A stretch of DNA of 64,000 nucleotides from Candidatus Scalinduaceae bacterium (GCA_046759445.1 JBHICG010000009.1:1-64000); one strand, 5' to 3'. Shown: positions 40,924 through 51,735, counted from the first letter of the stretch. Notes: generated by a model not told the origin, from the sequence alone. Numbers and translations: made by a program.

Positions 40924-42576
40924 TTAAAGCTCCTCACCATTCCTAATACTGCAGGGTAGAGTGAATGAAAATACGCTCCCTCCACGCAACTCACTTTCCA
41001 CCCATATCTTTCCGCCATGATGTTCAACAATCTGTTTGCAGATTGGTAGCCCAAGTCCTGTCCCTTTTTGTTTGCCTGTATGCCTTGCACCCACCTGCCT
41101 GAATTTCTCAAATACCTTTTCCTGATCAACCTTATTTATACCTGCGCCTGTATCTATTATGCTTATAATTATCTTACCATCATACTTTTTTGCCCTGCAT
41201 GTTACAGAGCCTTCTGCTGTGAAATTCACTGCATTGGAAATAAGGTTAATCACCACCTGTATAAGCCTGTTCCTATCCCCCATAACCACAGGAAGTCCAA
41301 TCTCTATGTCCCTTATTAGCTTCAGTCCTTTTTCTTCGAATAAGCAAGCAGTAGCAGCAACTGCCCTTTCTATAACCTCAGCCATTGAAAGTAGGTCCAT
41401 CTCCCACACAATCTTTCCAGCTTCCATCTTAGATATGTCAAGGAGATCATTTATGAGGCTTGTAAGTCTCTTGCCTTCTAACATAATGATGTTAACGTTC
41501 TCTTTCACCTGATTTATTGCCTTTTGAACCTTGGTATCATCAACCATGGCATTAGGGAATACAACATCTTCGAGTCTTTTACTTATAATCCTTGCAAATC
41601 CTAATACTAATGCAAGGGGTGTTCTCAGTTCGTGGGATACAATAGATAAGAAATCGGTTTTTACCTTGTCCTGTTCTTGAAGTTTTTTATTTGCATTTCT
41701 TAATTCAATGGTTCTATCTTCCACTTTTTGTTTCAGTGTTCGGCTGTAATCCTCTAATTCCCCGTAAGACCTTTTTAGATTCCTTGACATTTCAATAAAT
41801 GTATCGGCAAGGATACCAATCTCATCTCCTGATTTAATCTTTATGTTATCTACAATATGAAAATTATCCTTAGACAGTTCCCTGGCTATTTCAGTCAAGC
41901 TGACAATAGGTTTGGATAGCCTGTTTGAAATCACATAGACTATTACAGCACTCATAAAAACGAATATAATTGAAGCAATGGTAGACCTGACAATAATGCT
42001 TCTGATCTTATTCAAGATTTCTTTCTTTGAATTAGTAATTTCATAATTAAGCAAATCTAATGAAAAACCCAGCCTGAGTACTCCCCATTGATTAGCGCTG
42101 ACATATATTGGCACAATAAACTCCATATAGGATTTTCCATCCTTCTCATATTCATTAATAACTGCTTTCTTCTGGCTAACTGCAAATATATCTTCTTTAT
42201 GTGAAAGCAGTTCCTGTTCAAGTTCAGGTCTTTGTGTATGGATGTATGCTATGCCAGAGAAGTCCATCAATATTGCATAATCTAAATCCTCTTCATCACT
42301 TACAGATTTTTTTATTATTTCCGTAACATTAGAGTAATTGAACGATGCAACGCCATTTTCAGTCTGGCGGGCAAGGTTATCGGAAATGGTCTTCCCACGC
42401 TCAATAAGCTTTTCTCTCATCAGATATATACGTCGTTCCAGTTCTTCTTCTAAAACCCCTTTTTGAGTAAATACATGAATGGGCGTAAATATCACAAGCA
42501 TGACAATAACCAGACCTATCATGACAGAAAGGAGTTTCCAGCGAATACCTCTTTTTACGATTAAGTTTTCTTTCAT
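40924..42576 (-). CDS. Membrane sensor histidine kinase, paralog of 33222-34874
   Basis: Same length and architecture; [17 protein letters not shown] and GTGLGL motifs. Confidence 0.95.
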   Translation of the reverse strand: MKENLIVKRGIRWKLLSVMIGLVIVMLVIFTPIHVFTQKGVLEEELERRIYLMREKLIERGKTISDNLARQTENGVASFNYSNVTEIIKKSVSDEEDLDYAILMDFSGIAYIHTQRPELEQELLSHKEDIFAVSQKKAVINEYEKDGKSYMEFIVPIYVSANQWGVLRLGFSLDLLNYEITNSKKEILNKIRSIIVRSTIASIIFVFMSAVIVYVISNRLSKPIVSLTEIARELSKDNFHIVDNIKIKSGDEIGILADTFIEMSRNLKRSYGELEDYSRTLKQKVEDRTIELRNANKKLQEQDKVKTDFLSIVSHELRTPLALVLGFARIISKRLEDVVFPNAMVDDTKVQKAINQVKENVNIIMLEGKRLTSLINDLLDISKMEAGKIVWEMDLLSMAEVIERAVAATACLFEEKGLKLIRDIEIGLPVVMGDRNRLIQVVINLISNAVNFTAEGSVTCRAKKYDGKIIISIIDTGAGINKVDQEKVFEKFRQVGARHTGKQKGTGLGLPICKQIVEHHGGKIWVESELRGGSVFSFTLPCSIRNGEEL

Positions 42577-42585
42577 AATGAGTAT

Positions 42586-43572
42586 CTATCTAATAATTTC
42601 ATTTACCGATTCCAGCGCCTCTATATTAAGATTTATGCCGTATTCATCCACCTTTTTCAAGTTCAAAACAATATGGGAACCGGCAGGGTTCTGTACCCTT
42701 TCAATGACTTTTTTGTTGGCTAGTATATCGAGGGCAATTCCAGCGGCTTGCCTGCCCATTGTTGAGATATCGGCAGACATTATCAATGTTGCCCCAAAGT
42801 TGGCAAATGTTCTGTTATAAGCAAAAACAGGTTTCCTTACTGCTTCGCATTGTTCAAAGATTTTCACTACAGATTCTACATTACTTATTACAATTGGGTC
42901 TGGGGTTAACCAGAGAGCGTCCACCTCTGGCAGTAATTCATCCAAGGCCGACTCAATATCATCTGATTCACTGATGTGTCTTCCAATAATATCAATACCC
43001 ACCTCCTTCGCATTTTCAATTGCAATATTCAGCCACTCCTCACTATATATCTTACTATACAGCACGCCGATCTTATTCACATCCGGGAATAAATAACGAT
43101 GCATCATCAGTTGCATACCTTGATGTAGTTCATTAGATATTCCATAAGTATTTTTGCCCATTGGAAGTCGACGCCAATTTATCGCAAGGGAAAAGACCAG
43201 ATTCTTTTTCTTTGCGAATTTATAAGCCATCTGGTACGCCTTCGAGCCAATACAATAAATTACATCGGGATCTATCTTTTTAATCCTCTTCTTAATACTT
43301 TTTTCATTTACCCACTTACTACCTAGGTCTATTTCATCTTTTAGGTCAACCATCATTGATTTGAATTCTGTATGCGCTAAAGAGTAATTTTCGATAGACA
43401 TATCCGAATTAAGGACAATAACGCTATCTCTGGCAAATAAATATTCTGAATTGAATAACGACAGCAGTATCATAATTAAAAGCCAGACAACAACTGAACA
43501 ATGTTTTCCATGGTCAAAAGAAAAACATTTTTTCAATCTGTTTATGATTTTTTTGCAAGGTATGATAGTCAT
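42586..43572 (-). CDS. ABC-type substrate-binding-like periplasmic protein (ABC_sub_bind-like)
   Basis: KIGVLYS, VDALWLTPD, GRQAA and LNLKK patterns; start 43572 forms ATGA overlap with upstream stop. Confidence 0.75.
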   Translation of the reverse strand: MTIIPCKKIINRLKKCFSFDHGKHCSVVVWLLIMILLSLFNSEYLFARDSVIVLNSDMSIENYSLAHTEFKSMMVDLKDEIDLGSKWVNEKSIKKRIKKIDPDVIYCIGSKAYQMAYKFAKKKNLVFSLAINWRRLPMGKNTYGISNELHQGMQLMMHRYLFPDVNKIGVLYSKIYSEEWLNIAIENAKEVGIDIIGRHISESDDIESALDELLPEVDALWLTPDPIVISNVESVVKIFEQCEAVRKPVFAYNRTFANFGATLIMSADISTMGRQAAGIALDILANKKVIERVQNPAGSHIVLNLKKVDEYGINLNIEALESVNEIIR

Positions 43573-44441
43573 TCCTCCAAAAATCTCCTTTCTGCGTTGC
43601 CTAATTTCTTCCATCCATCCATACCGAGCATTCTTAATTTATTTTGCCCCACTGGCGTCTTTCCCATATTTTCAAATACCCTTAACAACGAACTAATATT
43701 TTCGTCTAATTTCTTCGGGGCTGCTATAATCGGAAGTAATGTTTCCTTACTTGCCGCTAACTGCCTCAGTATTCTGTATTGTTTGAGGTTGATTTCAGCT
43801 AATTTGGTAAGGCTGCTCTCTGTAGTCAAGGCAGAGTCAGCCATTCCGAACCCAACAGCCATCAACGCATCAATATCCTTTGGAACGATTAATATTCTCA
43901 GTGAATCCACAATGCTCTTTTGATCCTCTCCCAACATCTCCAATAGCACTCCCTTTGTGTATTCCTTGCTTCCTGCAGCGGCTATAATCTTGCCCTTCAA
44001 CAAATTCACGTTTGTAATACTTTTACGCACAGTTAAAATTTTTATGTGTGTTGGTCTACCCTTAGAAACGCCAACAAGCTTGGCTTCCATTTCCATTGGA
44101 TACTCCCTCTTTAGTTTACGAAAGTGCCAGCTAGAGATCAGGTAAACCCCATCTTTCCTTCCAACTATGAATTTCTCAAATGTGTCCCTATCGCTGAATG
44201 GTTGAAATTGAAAATAGCCATAATCGGAGAGGTATCTGTCAAACTCGGATTTGATTAATGCGAAGTTATTGATGTTGGTTTCTGGGTTATAGAAACAAAC
44301 CGTATACCTAAGGTTAGCGAGAGCTGGAAGGAAACTCAAAAACAACAAGAGGATAACCAGAAGGCAGATATTAATAAACAGTAGACATCTGCTTAAGATT
44401 AAGACCGATATCCTATAACTTTTTATCATAGAATACTTCAT
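43569..44441 (-). CDS. PhnD/phosphonate-binding-like periplasmic protein
   Basis: Signal/TM segment; LKGKIIA, KDIDALMAVGFGMADSAL, PIIAA and G..KLRMLGMDGW, consistent with a type II SBP. Confidence 0.65.
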   Translation of the reverse strand: MKYSMIKSYRISVLILSRCLLFINICLLVILLLFLSFLPALANLRYTVCFYNPETNINNFALIKSEFDRYLSDYGYFQFQPFSDRDTFEKFIVGRKDGVYLISSWHFRKLKREYPMEMEAKLVGVSKGRPTHIKILTVRKSITNVNLLKGKIIAAAGSKEYTKGVLLEMLGEDQKSIVDSLRILIVPKDIDALMAVGFGMADSALTTESSLTKLAEINLKQYRILRQLAASKETLLPIIAAPKKLDENISSLLRVFENMGKTPVGQNKLRMLGMDGWKKLGNAERRFLEE

Positions 44442-44485
44442 ATTAATAACAAACTAACTCCATCACCTGAGTTGGGAGATTTATA

Positions 44486-44538
44486 CCCCCCTCACCTTAA
44501 TCCTCTCCCCACATAGGGGAGAGGGAAGGGTGAGGGGG
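44486..44538. repeat. REP-like hairpin
   Basis: CCCCCTCACC...CCTCTCCCC/GGGGAGAGG...GGTGAGGGGG. Confidence 0.7.
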
Positions 44539-44752
44539 AACAATTTTATCTTATTGATTTATAAGTAATTAAAAAGATAAAGAACTTGGCAAAGGTACAT
44601 CTTGTTCATTCAATTTGTGCTATACACTTGAAAAAATCTTTTGACATTTAAATACCACAAAAAATGAGCAATAAATTTGATTTTAATGATCGACATAAAT
44701 AGACTTAAATCCCTAAAGGACATAATCCCCCATTAGAAAAAGAGGGGGATTA

Positions 44753-46840
44753 TCAAAATTCATAACGCAACTCTACCATAAACGACCTTCCCGGCTGGGG
44801 ATAATCGGTAGGTACCGTATTTTTTGGTGCAGGGTCATCATACCCCTTGTCAAAGAGATTATGTACTGAACCCCTGATCTCAAAGTTGTCCATAAAGTTT
44901 CTACCGATAATGGTAATATCCGTAACAGTGTATGAAGGTAGATCTCGTCTGGGATCACCATGCTCCCTTGGCCTTGGCCCACTTACAAACGTATGAAGGT
45001 TGGCATTCGCATACTTCCAGAATCCTACGTTTATGCCAAAATTAGCCTTATGTACGGGAACATCAGGCAATCGATTCCTATTCCTTGTCTCTTCTGCTTT
45101 CTGAAAGGTATAATTGGCATAGGCGTAATTATCATTCCCAAAATCTGCCCTTAATTCTGCCTCAACACCCATAACCCTTGTTCCTCCTGAATTTTGAAAC
45201 TGTCTGGGGCTCCCCGTACTTAGCACAATCCTGTCCCTTATTCGGTTAAAGAAGTAGTTTATGCTACCACTTAAATTTTTAGTAAAATTATAGCCCATGC
45301 CAACCTCAAATGTATTTACTTTTTCCGGGTCAAGGTTAGGGTTTCCTATCAATACAGGATTATTTGTAAGAAACAATTCTCCAAAATCAGGCGCCCTGAA
45401 TGCGGTGGCAAAGAGGAGTTTCAGGTGTGCGTCCTCTATAAATCTCCATACAAGGGCAAACCTTGGATTGGTTGTGCCTCCAAACCGCGTAAACTGGTCA
45501 TGCCTCACACCAACTGTTAAATCAATGTCCTCTGTTATATTCCACTCATCCTGAAGATAAAACGCCCATATCTGCCTTGTAACCCTCCTTGTAAAGGGAA
45601 GGCTCTTAGAAAAGTCCCGAAGTGAGGGTAAAGGAGCTAACGTTAAAGGATGAATGTTAGAAGCAAACTTTATATCATGCTGGTGAATCCATTCGTATTG
45701 GAAGCCAAACGTCAGTTCGTTTCCCTCAAACATCTTATAATTAAGTTGGTTTTCAAAGCCTATTGTTCTTTCCTTAAGTCTTGTAAAACCCTTCATTCCA
45801 TCAGGATAGACGAATCTAATAAATGGTAAAGCTGGAAATGGTACTAAAATAAAACCATCTGGTCTACGTTCAAAAAAAGGATCGAAGTTATACTGATCAT
45901 AATATACTTTAGTTATCATGTCTATTTTTTCAGAAAGAGATAGTCTATAAATCAACTCAGAAAATATGTAAGTATCTCTCAACATCGTTTCATCATTAAG
46001 GGCATCGTCGAAACCTATATAACCTTCTCTCCTCTTCTTCATATATTTGGACTTAAGTTCAAGGTTTTTGTATGATAGTTTAAGATTCAGGTCTGTCTTT
46101 TCCTTCCTATTTTGAGACCTTCCTGGACTCTTGGAGAAGGGCGCTGGGAAAAGAATATCCTGCTCAATCTTTTTGCTAAAACCCTCTGTATCAACATAAT
46201 CAAAGAACCCGGATAATTTTAGATCACCATACTCCTTCCCAAACAGCATATTGTAGTTCTGTGTATCAAAACTTCCGCCACTTGTTGTCCATTGAAAACC
46301 GTCTATATCCTCCGTGTCCTTTGTTATTACGTTAACAACTGCGAGAAATGCATTCTGTCCGTACAAGGCAGAACCAGGGCCCCTGATAATCTCTATCCTT
46401 TTTGCATTCTCTACCACAAGATCATAAAAATTCCAAGAAACCCCACCCGTTAACGGATCATTAACAGAATGTCCGTCTATTAATAACTTCACTACTAATG
46501 AAGTCTTATTAAGGACTCCCCTCACAGCAATTTCTCTTTCACCTGTTCTGTCCATAGAGATATCAAAACCAGGCACAGTTTTTAAGACATCTACCAATGT
46601 CCTGAAACCCATATTCTTTATCTGCTTGGCCGTAATCACAGTAACGATACCCGGCGCTCTGCTGATCGGTATTTTATGTTTTGTAGTAATAGTTATGAAG
46701 GCTTCCGCCTGTAACCATCTTATCTCTTCCTGAATCTCTTTTATTTTTTCCGCCGTCTTTGAGACTTCTTCAGAGAAGGCTGGAGTTAAATTGAAGATGC
46801 CACAAACAAACATGACAAAAGTGATGTTTATTGTGCGCAT
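44753..46840 (-). CDS. TonB-dependent receptor (paralog 2)
   Basis: Same plug/barrel motifs as paralog 1 with long identical stretches; C-terminal YEF. Confidence 0.93.
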   Translation of the reverse strand: MRTINITFVMFVCGIFNLTPAFSEEVSKTAEKIKEIQEEIRWLQAEAFITITTKHKIPISRAPGIVTVITAKQIKNMGFRTLVDVLKTVPGFDISMDRTGEREIAVRGVLNKTSLVVKLLIDGHSVNDPLTGGVSWNFYDLVVENAKRIEIIRGPGSALYGQNAFLAVVNVITKDTEDIDGFQWTTSGGSFDTQNYNMLFGKEYGDLKLSGFFDYVDTEGFSKKIEQDILFPAPFSKSPGRSQNRKEKTDLNLKLSYKNLELKSKYMKKRREGYIGFDDALNDETMLRDTYIFSELIYRLSLSEKIDMITKVYYDQYNFDPFFERRPDGFILVPFPALPFIRFVYPDGMKGFTRLKERTIGFENQLNYKMFEGNELTFGFQYEWIHQHDIKFASNIHPLTLAPLPSLRDFSKSLPFTRRVTRQIWAFYLQDEWNITEDIDLTVGVRHDQFTRFGGTTNPRFALVWRFIEDAHLKLLFATAFRAPDFGELFLTNNPVLIGNPNLDPEKVNTFEVGMGYNFTKNLSGSINYFFNRIRDRIVLSTGSPRQFQNSGGTRVMGVEAELRADFGNDNYAYANYTFQKAEETRNRNRLPDVPVHKANFGINVGFWKYANANLHTFVSGPRPREHGDPRRDLPSYTVTDITIIGRNFMDNFEIRGSVHNLFDKGYDDPAPKNTVPTDYPQPGRSFMVELRYEF

Positions 46841-47051
46841 GACTTTCCCCTTTCGTGAAATCTTAATGAACTTAACCCTCTCACCCTAAATCCTGTGCAG
46901 AATGTGTTTCAGTATTGTTTCAGGGTTTCTTAAAATCAGAAGCTAATTGCTAATTCCTAAAATTGTCAGAGTCTATCCTCATGGAAATGGGGAAACATGT
47001 TTTGTATTTTGAATGTAACAACATTAGACATAATAACAATTCCCTTTCTTC

Positions 47052-49034
47052 TTACTTTACCCCATCACCATCCCCGATGCTGCAGGGCAAGGCGAACGAG
47101 AAGCTACTCCCTTTACCCAGCTCACTTTCCACCCATATCCTGCCTCCATGATGTTCTACAATCTGCTTGCAGATCGAAAGTCCAAGTCCAGACCCTCTAG
47201 GTTTGTCCATATGATGGTCGCCCACTTGACTGAATTTTTCAAATATCTTATCCCGATCAGCTTCAGCTATACCTTTACCTGTATCGATTACACTTGTGAC
47301 TATCTCGTTACTTTTCTTCCTTGTCCTGCATGTGATGGAACCCTCCTTTGTAAACTTCACTGCATTGGTAATCAGATTAATCACAACCTGTTCAAGGCGA
47401 TTCTTATCACCCACAATTGCAGGCAGTCCGTTATCAACAATCTTTATTAACTGAAGCTCATTCTGTTCAAATAAACTACTGGTTATAGCCGTCGCCCGTT
47501 CAATAACTTCATTCACTGAAAGAAGTTCCACCTCCCATTCAATCCTTCCAGACTCAATCCTTGATAAGTCAAGGAGATCATTTATAAGCTCTGTTAACCT
47601 CTTGCCCTCTAACACAATCGTTTTAAGGTCATTTCTCACCTGCATCATTGACCTCTGAACCTTGCTATCCTCTATCCTGACACGAGGGAATATGACATCT
47701 TCGAGTCTCTTGGCTATAATCCTTGCAAATCCTAATACTAATGCAAGTGGAGTCCTCAGTTCATGAGATACTGTGGACAAAAACTCTGTCTTTACATTAT
47801 TCATTTCTTGGAGTTCTTTATTTGCCTCTTTTAATTCAAGGGTTTTATCCTGCACTTTATGTTCCAGGTTTCGACTGTAATCCTCTAATTTCTCGTGAGA
47901 TATTTTAAGTTTTTCGGACATTTTGATAAACGCTTCACTTAGTTGCCCAATTTCATCCTTACTCTTTACGATTGTTACCGGATGATCTAAATCACCATCT
48001 GCTATCCTTTTAGTTTCTCCTATCAGTTTTTTTATAATTACATTTATTTTGCCGGAAATAACAAATGCAAACACAAATACCATAAGCAATGCCACACTTC
48101 CTGAAACCGCAAAAATATATTTAATCTTTGCTAGCGGCTTAAATGCCTCTTTAACATCTTTTTCTGACAGGACCACCCAATTAGTTTCAGGTACAAAAAG
48201 CGCTGAACATAGCACTAGATTACCCCTGTAATTTTCACATACTCCATATGTTTCCTTTTTTGAGCTTAGCACCTTTTGCACTGGCATTGTATTTATTACG
48301 TTACTAAAATTATGATTCCCTAAATCAATTGAACTTACTATCATTAACTTGTCTTGATTCACAATATAATTCTCATCAGAACGGCTCAAAATATTTTCTT
48401 TATCGGGTTGATACTTTGGTAACACGAGTATGTCCTTAAGTATATCACCTTTCACCTTAGTTACTAAAACCCCCAGGGGTCTTTGTAAGATTTTATCTGT
48501 TAGAATTGAGGAAAAAACTAGCTGTAATTTACTGGGGGTTTCTAAAGTATCGAGAGTGTCCATAAAATATGGACCTTTTTGTTCCTGAGAAAGGAATGGA
48601 ACTCTGAAGTAATTTTCATGAGATTTGTCTTTACCTATTTGTTCCTGGGAGGTTGAAGCAATAATCTTACCTTCCCAGTTGAGAATCTCTATTTCAAGGA
48701 TATCTGGGTCTAAGCTTTTTTTATTTATTATTAGGTGGTTGTACAACTTTTTGCTAATTTGAGAATATTCGGGGGTCTTTAATAACATCTGTTCTACACA
48801 ATCTCTGATAAAACCATCCGAACTAAAATATGTAATCCTTGATCTTCTTTCTCTCAGTAGGAGGTGTAACCTTTCCTTAAGGTTATGTGCCGTAGTCCGT
48901 AGTTGACTTAATACTTCATCTTTTGTTTTGTCATAAACATATTTATAGACTATTGCACCAGCAATACTAAGAGGAATCAGTGATACAACTAGAAATAAAA
49001 GGAAAAGTTTTGTACCAAACTTTGTGAACTTCAT
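47052..49034 (-). CDS. Cache-HAMP sensor histidine kinase
   Basis: dCache-like periplasmic domain; [17 protein letters not shown] and GSGLGL motifs. Confidence 0.94.
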   Translation of the reverse strand: MKFTKFGTKLFLLFLVVSLIPLSIAGAIVYKYVYDKTKDEVLSQLRTTAHNLKERLHLLLRERRSRITYFSSDGFIRDCVEQMLLKTPEYSQISKKLYNHLIINKKSLDPDILEIEILNWEGKIIASTSQEQIGKDKSHENYFRVPFLSQEQKGPYFMDTLDTLETPSKLQLVFSSILTDKILQRPLGVLVTKVKGDILKDILVLPKYQPDKENILSRSDENYIVNQDKLMIVSSIDLGNHNFSNVINTMPVQKVLSSKKETYGVCENYRGNLVLCSALFVPETNWVVLSEKDVKEAFKPLAKIKYIFAVSGSVALLMVFVFAFVISGKINVIIKKLIGETKRIADGDLDHPVTIVKSKDEIGQLSEAFIKMSEKLKISHEKLEDYSRNLEHKVQDKTLELKEANKELQEMNNVKTEFLSTVSHELRTPLALVLGFARIIAKRLEDVIFPRVRIEDSKVQRSMMQVRNDLKTIVLEGKRLTELINDLLDLSRIESGRIEWEVELLSVNEVIERATAITSSLFEQNELQLIKIVDNGLPAIVGDKNRLEQVVINLITNAVKFTKEGSITCRTRKKSNEIVTSVIDTGKGIAEADRDKIFEKFSQVGDHHMDKPRGSGLGLSICKQIVEHHGGRIWVESELGKGSSFSFALPCSIGDGDGVK

Positions 49035-49038
49035 TTTT

Positions 49039-49719
49039 TTAAAAACCTAAACGTTCAAGCGAAACAGTAATACTTATCCCACTACGAAAATCCCCCTCTT
49101 TATATCCAAATGCCTGGTCATATGGATAATTTTTTTCTAGAAACTGCCTTATTGATGGCCGGATTTCTTCCTTTTTACCATGACATTGTAAACAGCCTAT
49201 ATCAACATAAATTGGTTTCATGTATCTATAGATTTTCTTACCGTTTGTTTCCAAAATCTCACCAAAGCCAACATGTTTTGAATATTCTGAAGATTTCAAT
49301 AATTTCAATACATTCTTTTCCCATTCATCTGGAGCGTTAGAAGGGTTTCTGACCTTAAGGCTTGTTTGTTTTAATCTATGTCCGGTCATCAGACTGAAGT
49401 CATTAGCTACCTGCGAACCTACCACGGCAGGCACAAAGCCTTTAATGATATAATTTCCTGTTGCCGGGTCTCTATTTATAAGCTCCTGGTTCTTTGCAAT
49501 TACACTCCTGGTAGCAATTAACACGTCAATTGCTGTTTCCGCCAACTTCTGCAAGCATTTTATGTGCTCATCTTTTAAGTTTACGTTCTCCCCGCTCGGA
49601 TGCGCTTGGGTTAGCACGTCTACATCGTTCTGGCCGGCAAAATTAAGATTATTAATACTACATGTTGAAATCATAACAACAAGCATTGAAATCATTGATT
49701 TAAGCAGCTTCGGATGCAT
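49039..49719 (-). CDS. Periplasmic c-type heme protein (DUF3365/Tll0287-like)
   Basis: TSLKVRNPSNAPDEWE, YRYMKPI, CLQCHG and AFGYKEGD motifs; AGGAGG RBS before ATG 49719. Confidence 0.9.
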   Translation of the reverse strand: MHPKLLKSMISMLVVMISTCSINNLNFAGQNDVDVLTQAHPSGENVNLKDEHIKCLQKLAETAIDVLIATRSVIAKNQELINRDPATGNYIIKGFVPAVVGSQVANDFSLMTGHRLKQTSLKVRNPSNAPDEWEKNVLKLLKSSEYSKHVGFGEILETNGKKIYRYMKPIYVDIGCLQCHGKKEEIRPSIRQFLEKNYPYDQAFGYKEGDFRSGISITVSLERLGF

Positions 49720-49796
49720 AATGTTTACCTCCTTTAATTGTTTGTATAAGGTTCTGACAGTGCTCAATAGGTATTATGTGTGTTTTTCTTCAAAAA

Positions 49797-51467
49797 TTAC
49801 TTCTTGCTTTCATTATTATCCAGCTCCGTGATTATGTAAGCAAGATTCTTTAATTCCTTATTTGCCATTTCTAACTTTTTTGTCTTGTCAATCAATTGTC
49901 TTTGTAATCTTTTCTGAAAGGTTACGTCCTTAGCCAAAAGCACAAAACTATGTATTTCATCTCTTTTATCCTTAATGGGAAAGGCAGATACAAGAAAGAC
50001 TCCACCCATGTTATGGTCATCCACTTCTTCAATTTCTGGTTTAAGGCTTTTGGCGCTCTTTGCTAGTGGGCAACTATGCCAATGCTCATCTGTGCAATGA
50101 AATAACTCATTGCATTTCATATTAGACAACTGTTCTTTGCTAACGCTAAAAATTTCAAAGAACGCCTTGTTTGCATCGATAATCCTAAAATCCTTATCGT
50201 GAATGGTTATAATATCCGTAATTGCATTGAAGGTCTGTTGCCATCTGTCTTTACTCTTTTTTACCAGTAGGAATAATTGGTTGTTCTTCTCCTTTGATTC
50301 CCTGAGACTGTTCATCATTAAATTAAATGATTCAGCCAGTTCTTTTATTACGTCCTTCTTTTTACCCACTGTTATCGGGTGTTTCAAATTATCCCCTGCT
50401 ATCTTTATTGTGCCTCTGACTAACTCCTTTAATTGCCCTCTTAATCGATTTGAGAAGATAGATGAAGACGTAATCAGTCCCACGATTAAGAGCAAAACCA
50501 ATGTGCCTAACATTACAAGAAAATTGTAAATTGGAGAATAAACGATGGATTTATGAAGTCTCTCCATAAATATCCAATATCTTGCATTGTTTAAAGGGTC
50601 AAAATGAATCGGTATGAAATTGAGAATTTGTTTTTTTATCAATTCGCTTCCTGATTGTCCTGACAAAATAAGTGAGACTGCTTCTTGCGGGAAATCATTC
50701 TTTAGATTTTCTCCTGTATTAAGACAATTCGTATCCCCCCATCTCTTTGATATTTCCGGATGTAGAAGATAAAAACCCCGCTTATCCAATAAAAATGAAT
50801 CAACATCCTTGATGTATTCATGCGCCAAGATGTTTTTAAGTAGAAAATCCGCCAGAACATTTAACACAAGAATACCCCTTTTCCGCTTTTCTCTATCAAA
50901 GACAGGTATTGAATATCTCAACATAGGTTTATGGGGTAATTCTATTTCACCGTATTCTATGTTTAGGTCTAGTTGTGAAACATAGATATTCCCTTCTTTC
51001 AGGCTCATCGCTTCTTTAAAGTAATATCTGCGACTCTTGTCTTGAAGCTCTTCGGATGGAACAATGAAGGCGGATTTTTCCTCTAAATTTACCCGTACTA
51101 TTTCACGACCGGCTCTGTCAATATAACGTATCTGCTCATAGATTTTTCTACTTTCAGAAAACGTTTTAAACAAGTTTTCTACTTCGAACCTCAAACGTTT
51201 GATTTGATCTGTATCTTTACCAGCTATAGCATCAATCATATTTAAGAGAAACAGATTATTACCGAGGAAAATAATGTCATTCTCTATAGAACGTAAAAAA
51301 GCAACTGCCTTCTCTGTCTTATTCTTGGTTGTTTGTTGAAAATCTTCTATTTTATTCCGTTTTAAAGATTTTGTCGTATAGACGCCGAAAATGATACTAA
51401 TAATGATTAAGAGTACAACCACTACAGAAAGAGGTGTTACCAGTATTTTATTACGTTTAATAAACAT
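49797..51467 (-). CDS. Cache-HAMP-PAS membrane sensor lacking a kinase domain
   Basis: YEQIRYID..G.EIVRVN...LQDKSRRYYF Cache-like domain, HAMP, PAS; ends at a degenerate HisKA helix. Confidence 0.85.
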   Translation of the reverse strand: MFIKRNKILVTPLSVVVVLLIIISIIFGVYTTKSLKRNKIEDFQQTTKNKTEKAVAFLRSIENDIIFLGNNLFLLNMIDAIAGKDTDQIKRLRFEVENLFKTFSESRKIYEQIRYIDRAGREIVRVNLEEKSAFIVPSEELQDKSRRYYFKEAMSLKEGNIYVSQLDLNIEYGEIELPHKPMLRYSIPVFDREKRKRGILVLNVLADFLLKNILAHEYIKDVDSFLLDKRGFYLLHPEISKRWGDTNCLNTGENLKNDFPQEAVSLILSGQSGSELIKKQILNFIPIHFDPLNNARYWIFMERLHKSIVYSPIYNFLVMLGTLVLLLIVGLITSSSIFSNRLRGQLKELVRGTIKIAGDNLKHPITVGKKKDVIKELAESFNLMMNSLRESKEKNNQLFLLVKKSKDRWQQTFNAITDIITIHDKDFRIIDANKAFFEIFSVSKEQLSNMKCNELFHCTDEHWHSCPLAKSAKSLKPEIEEVDDHNMGGVFLVSAFPIKDKRDEIHSFVLLAKDVTFQKRLQRQLIDKTKKLEMANKELKNLAYIITELDNNESKK

Positions 51468-51650
51468 GATTGTGCCTTTACGTTTTCCTTACATGTTCAG
51501 GAATTAAAATCAATTGTACGTTCTTTCTTATCGCAAAATACATATATAAGATTCAAAAGCTTCTCGTTCTCACGTTGAGCGCCTGTCTGACCAAGTCTTT
51601 TGGACAGAAAACCTTAACTCCGTTTACAGGAATTTACCATTAGGAGTTAT

Positions 51651-51694
51651 CCCTTTACCCTGTGGAGTAATCCAGCCACTAACAGGGTGAAGGG
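51651..51694. repeat. REP-like hairpin
   Basis: CCCTTTACCCTGT...ACAGGGTGAAGGG. Confidence 0.55.
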
Positions 51695-51735
51695 TTTTAA
51701 TTAATTAAGGCATTGTGAGATCTTCCCGATACACA

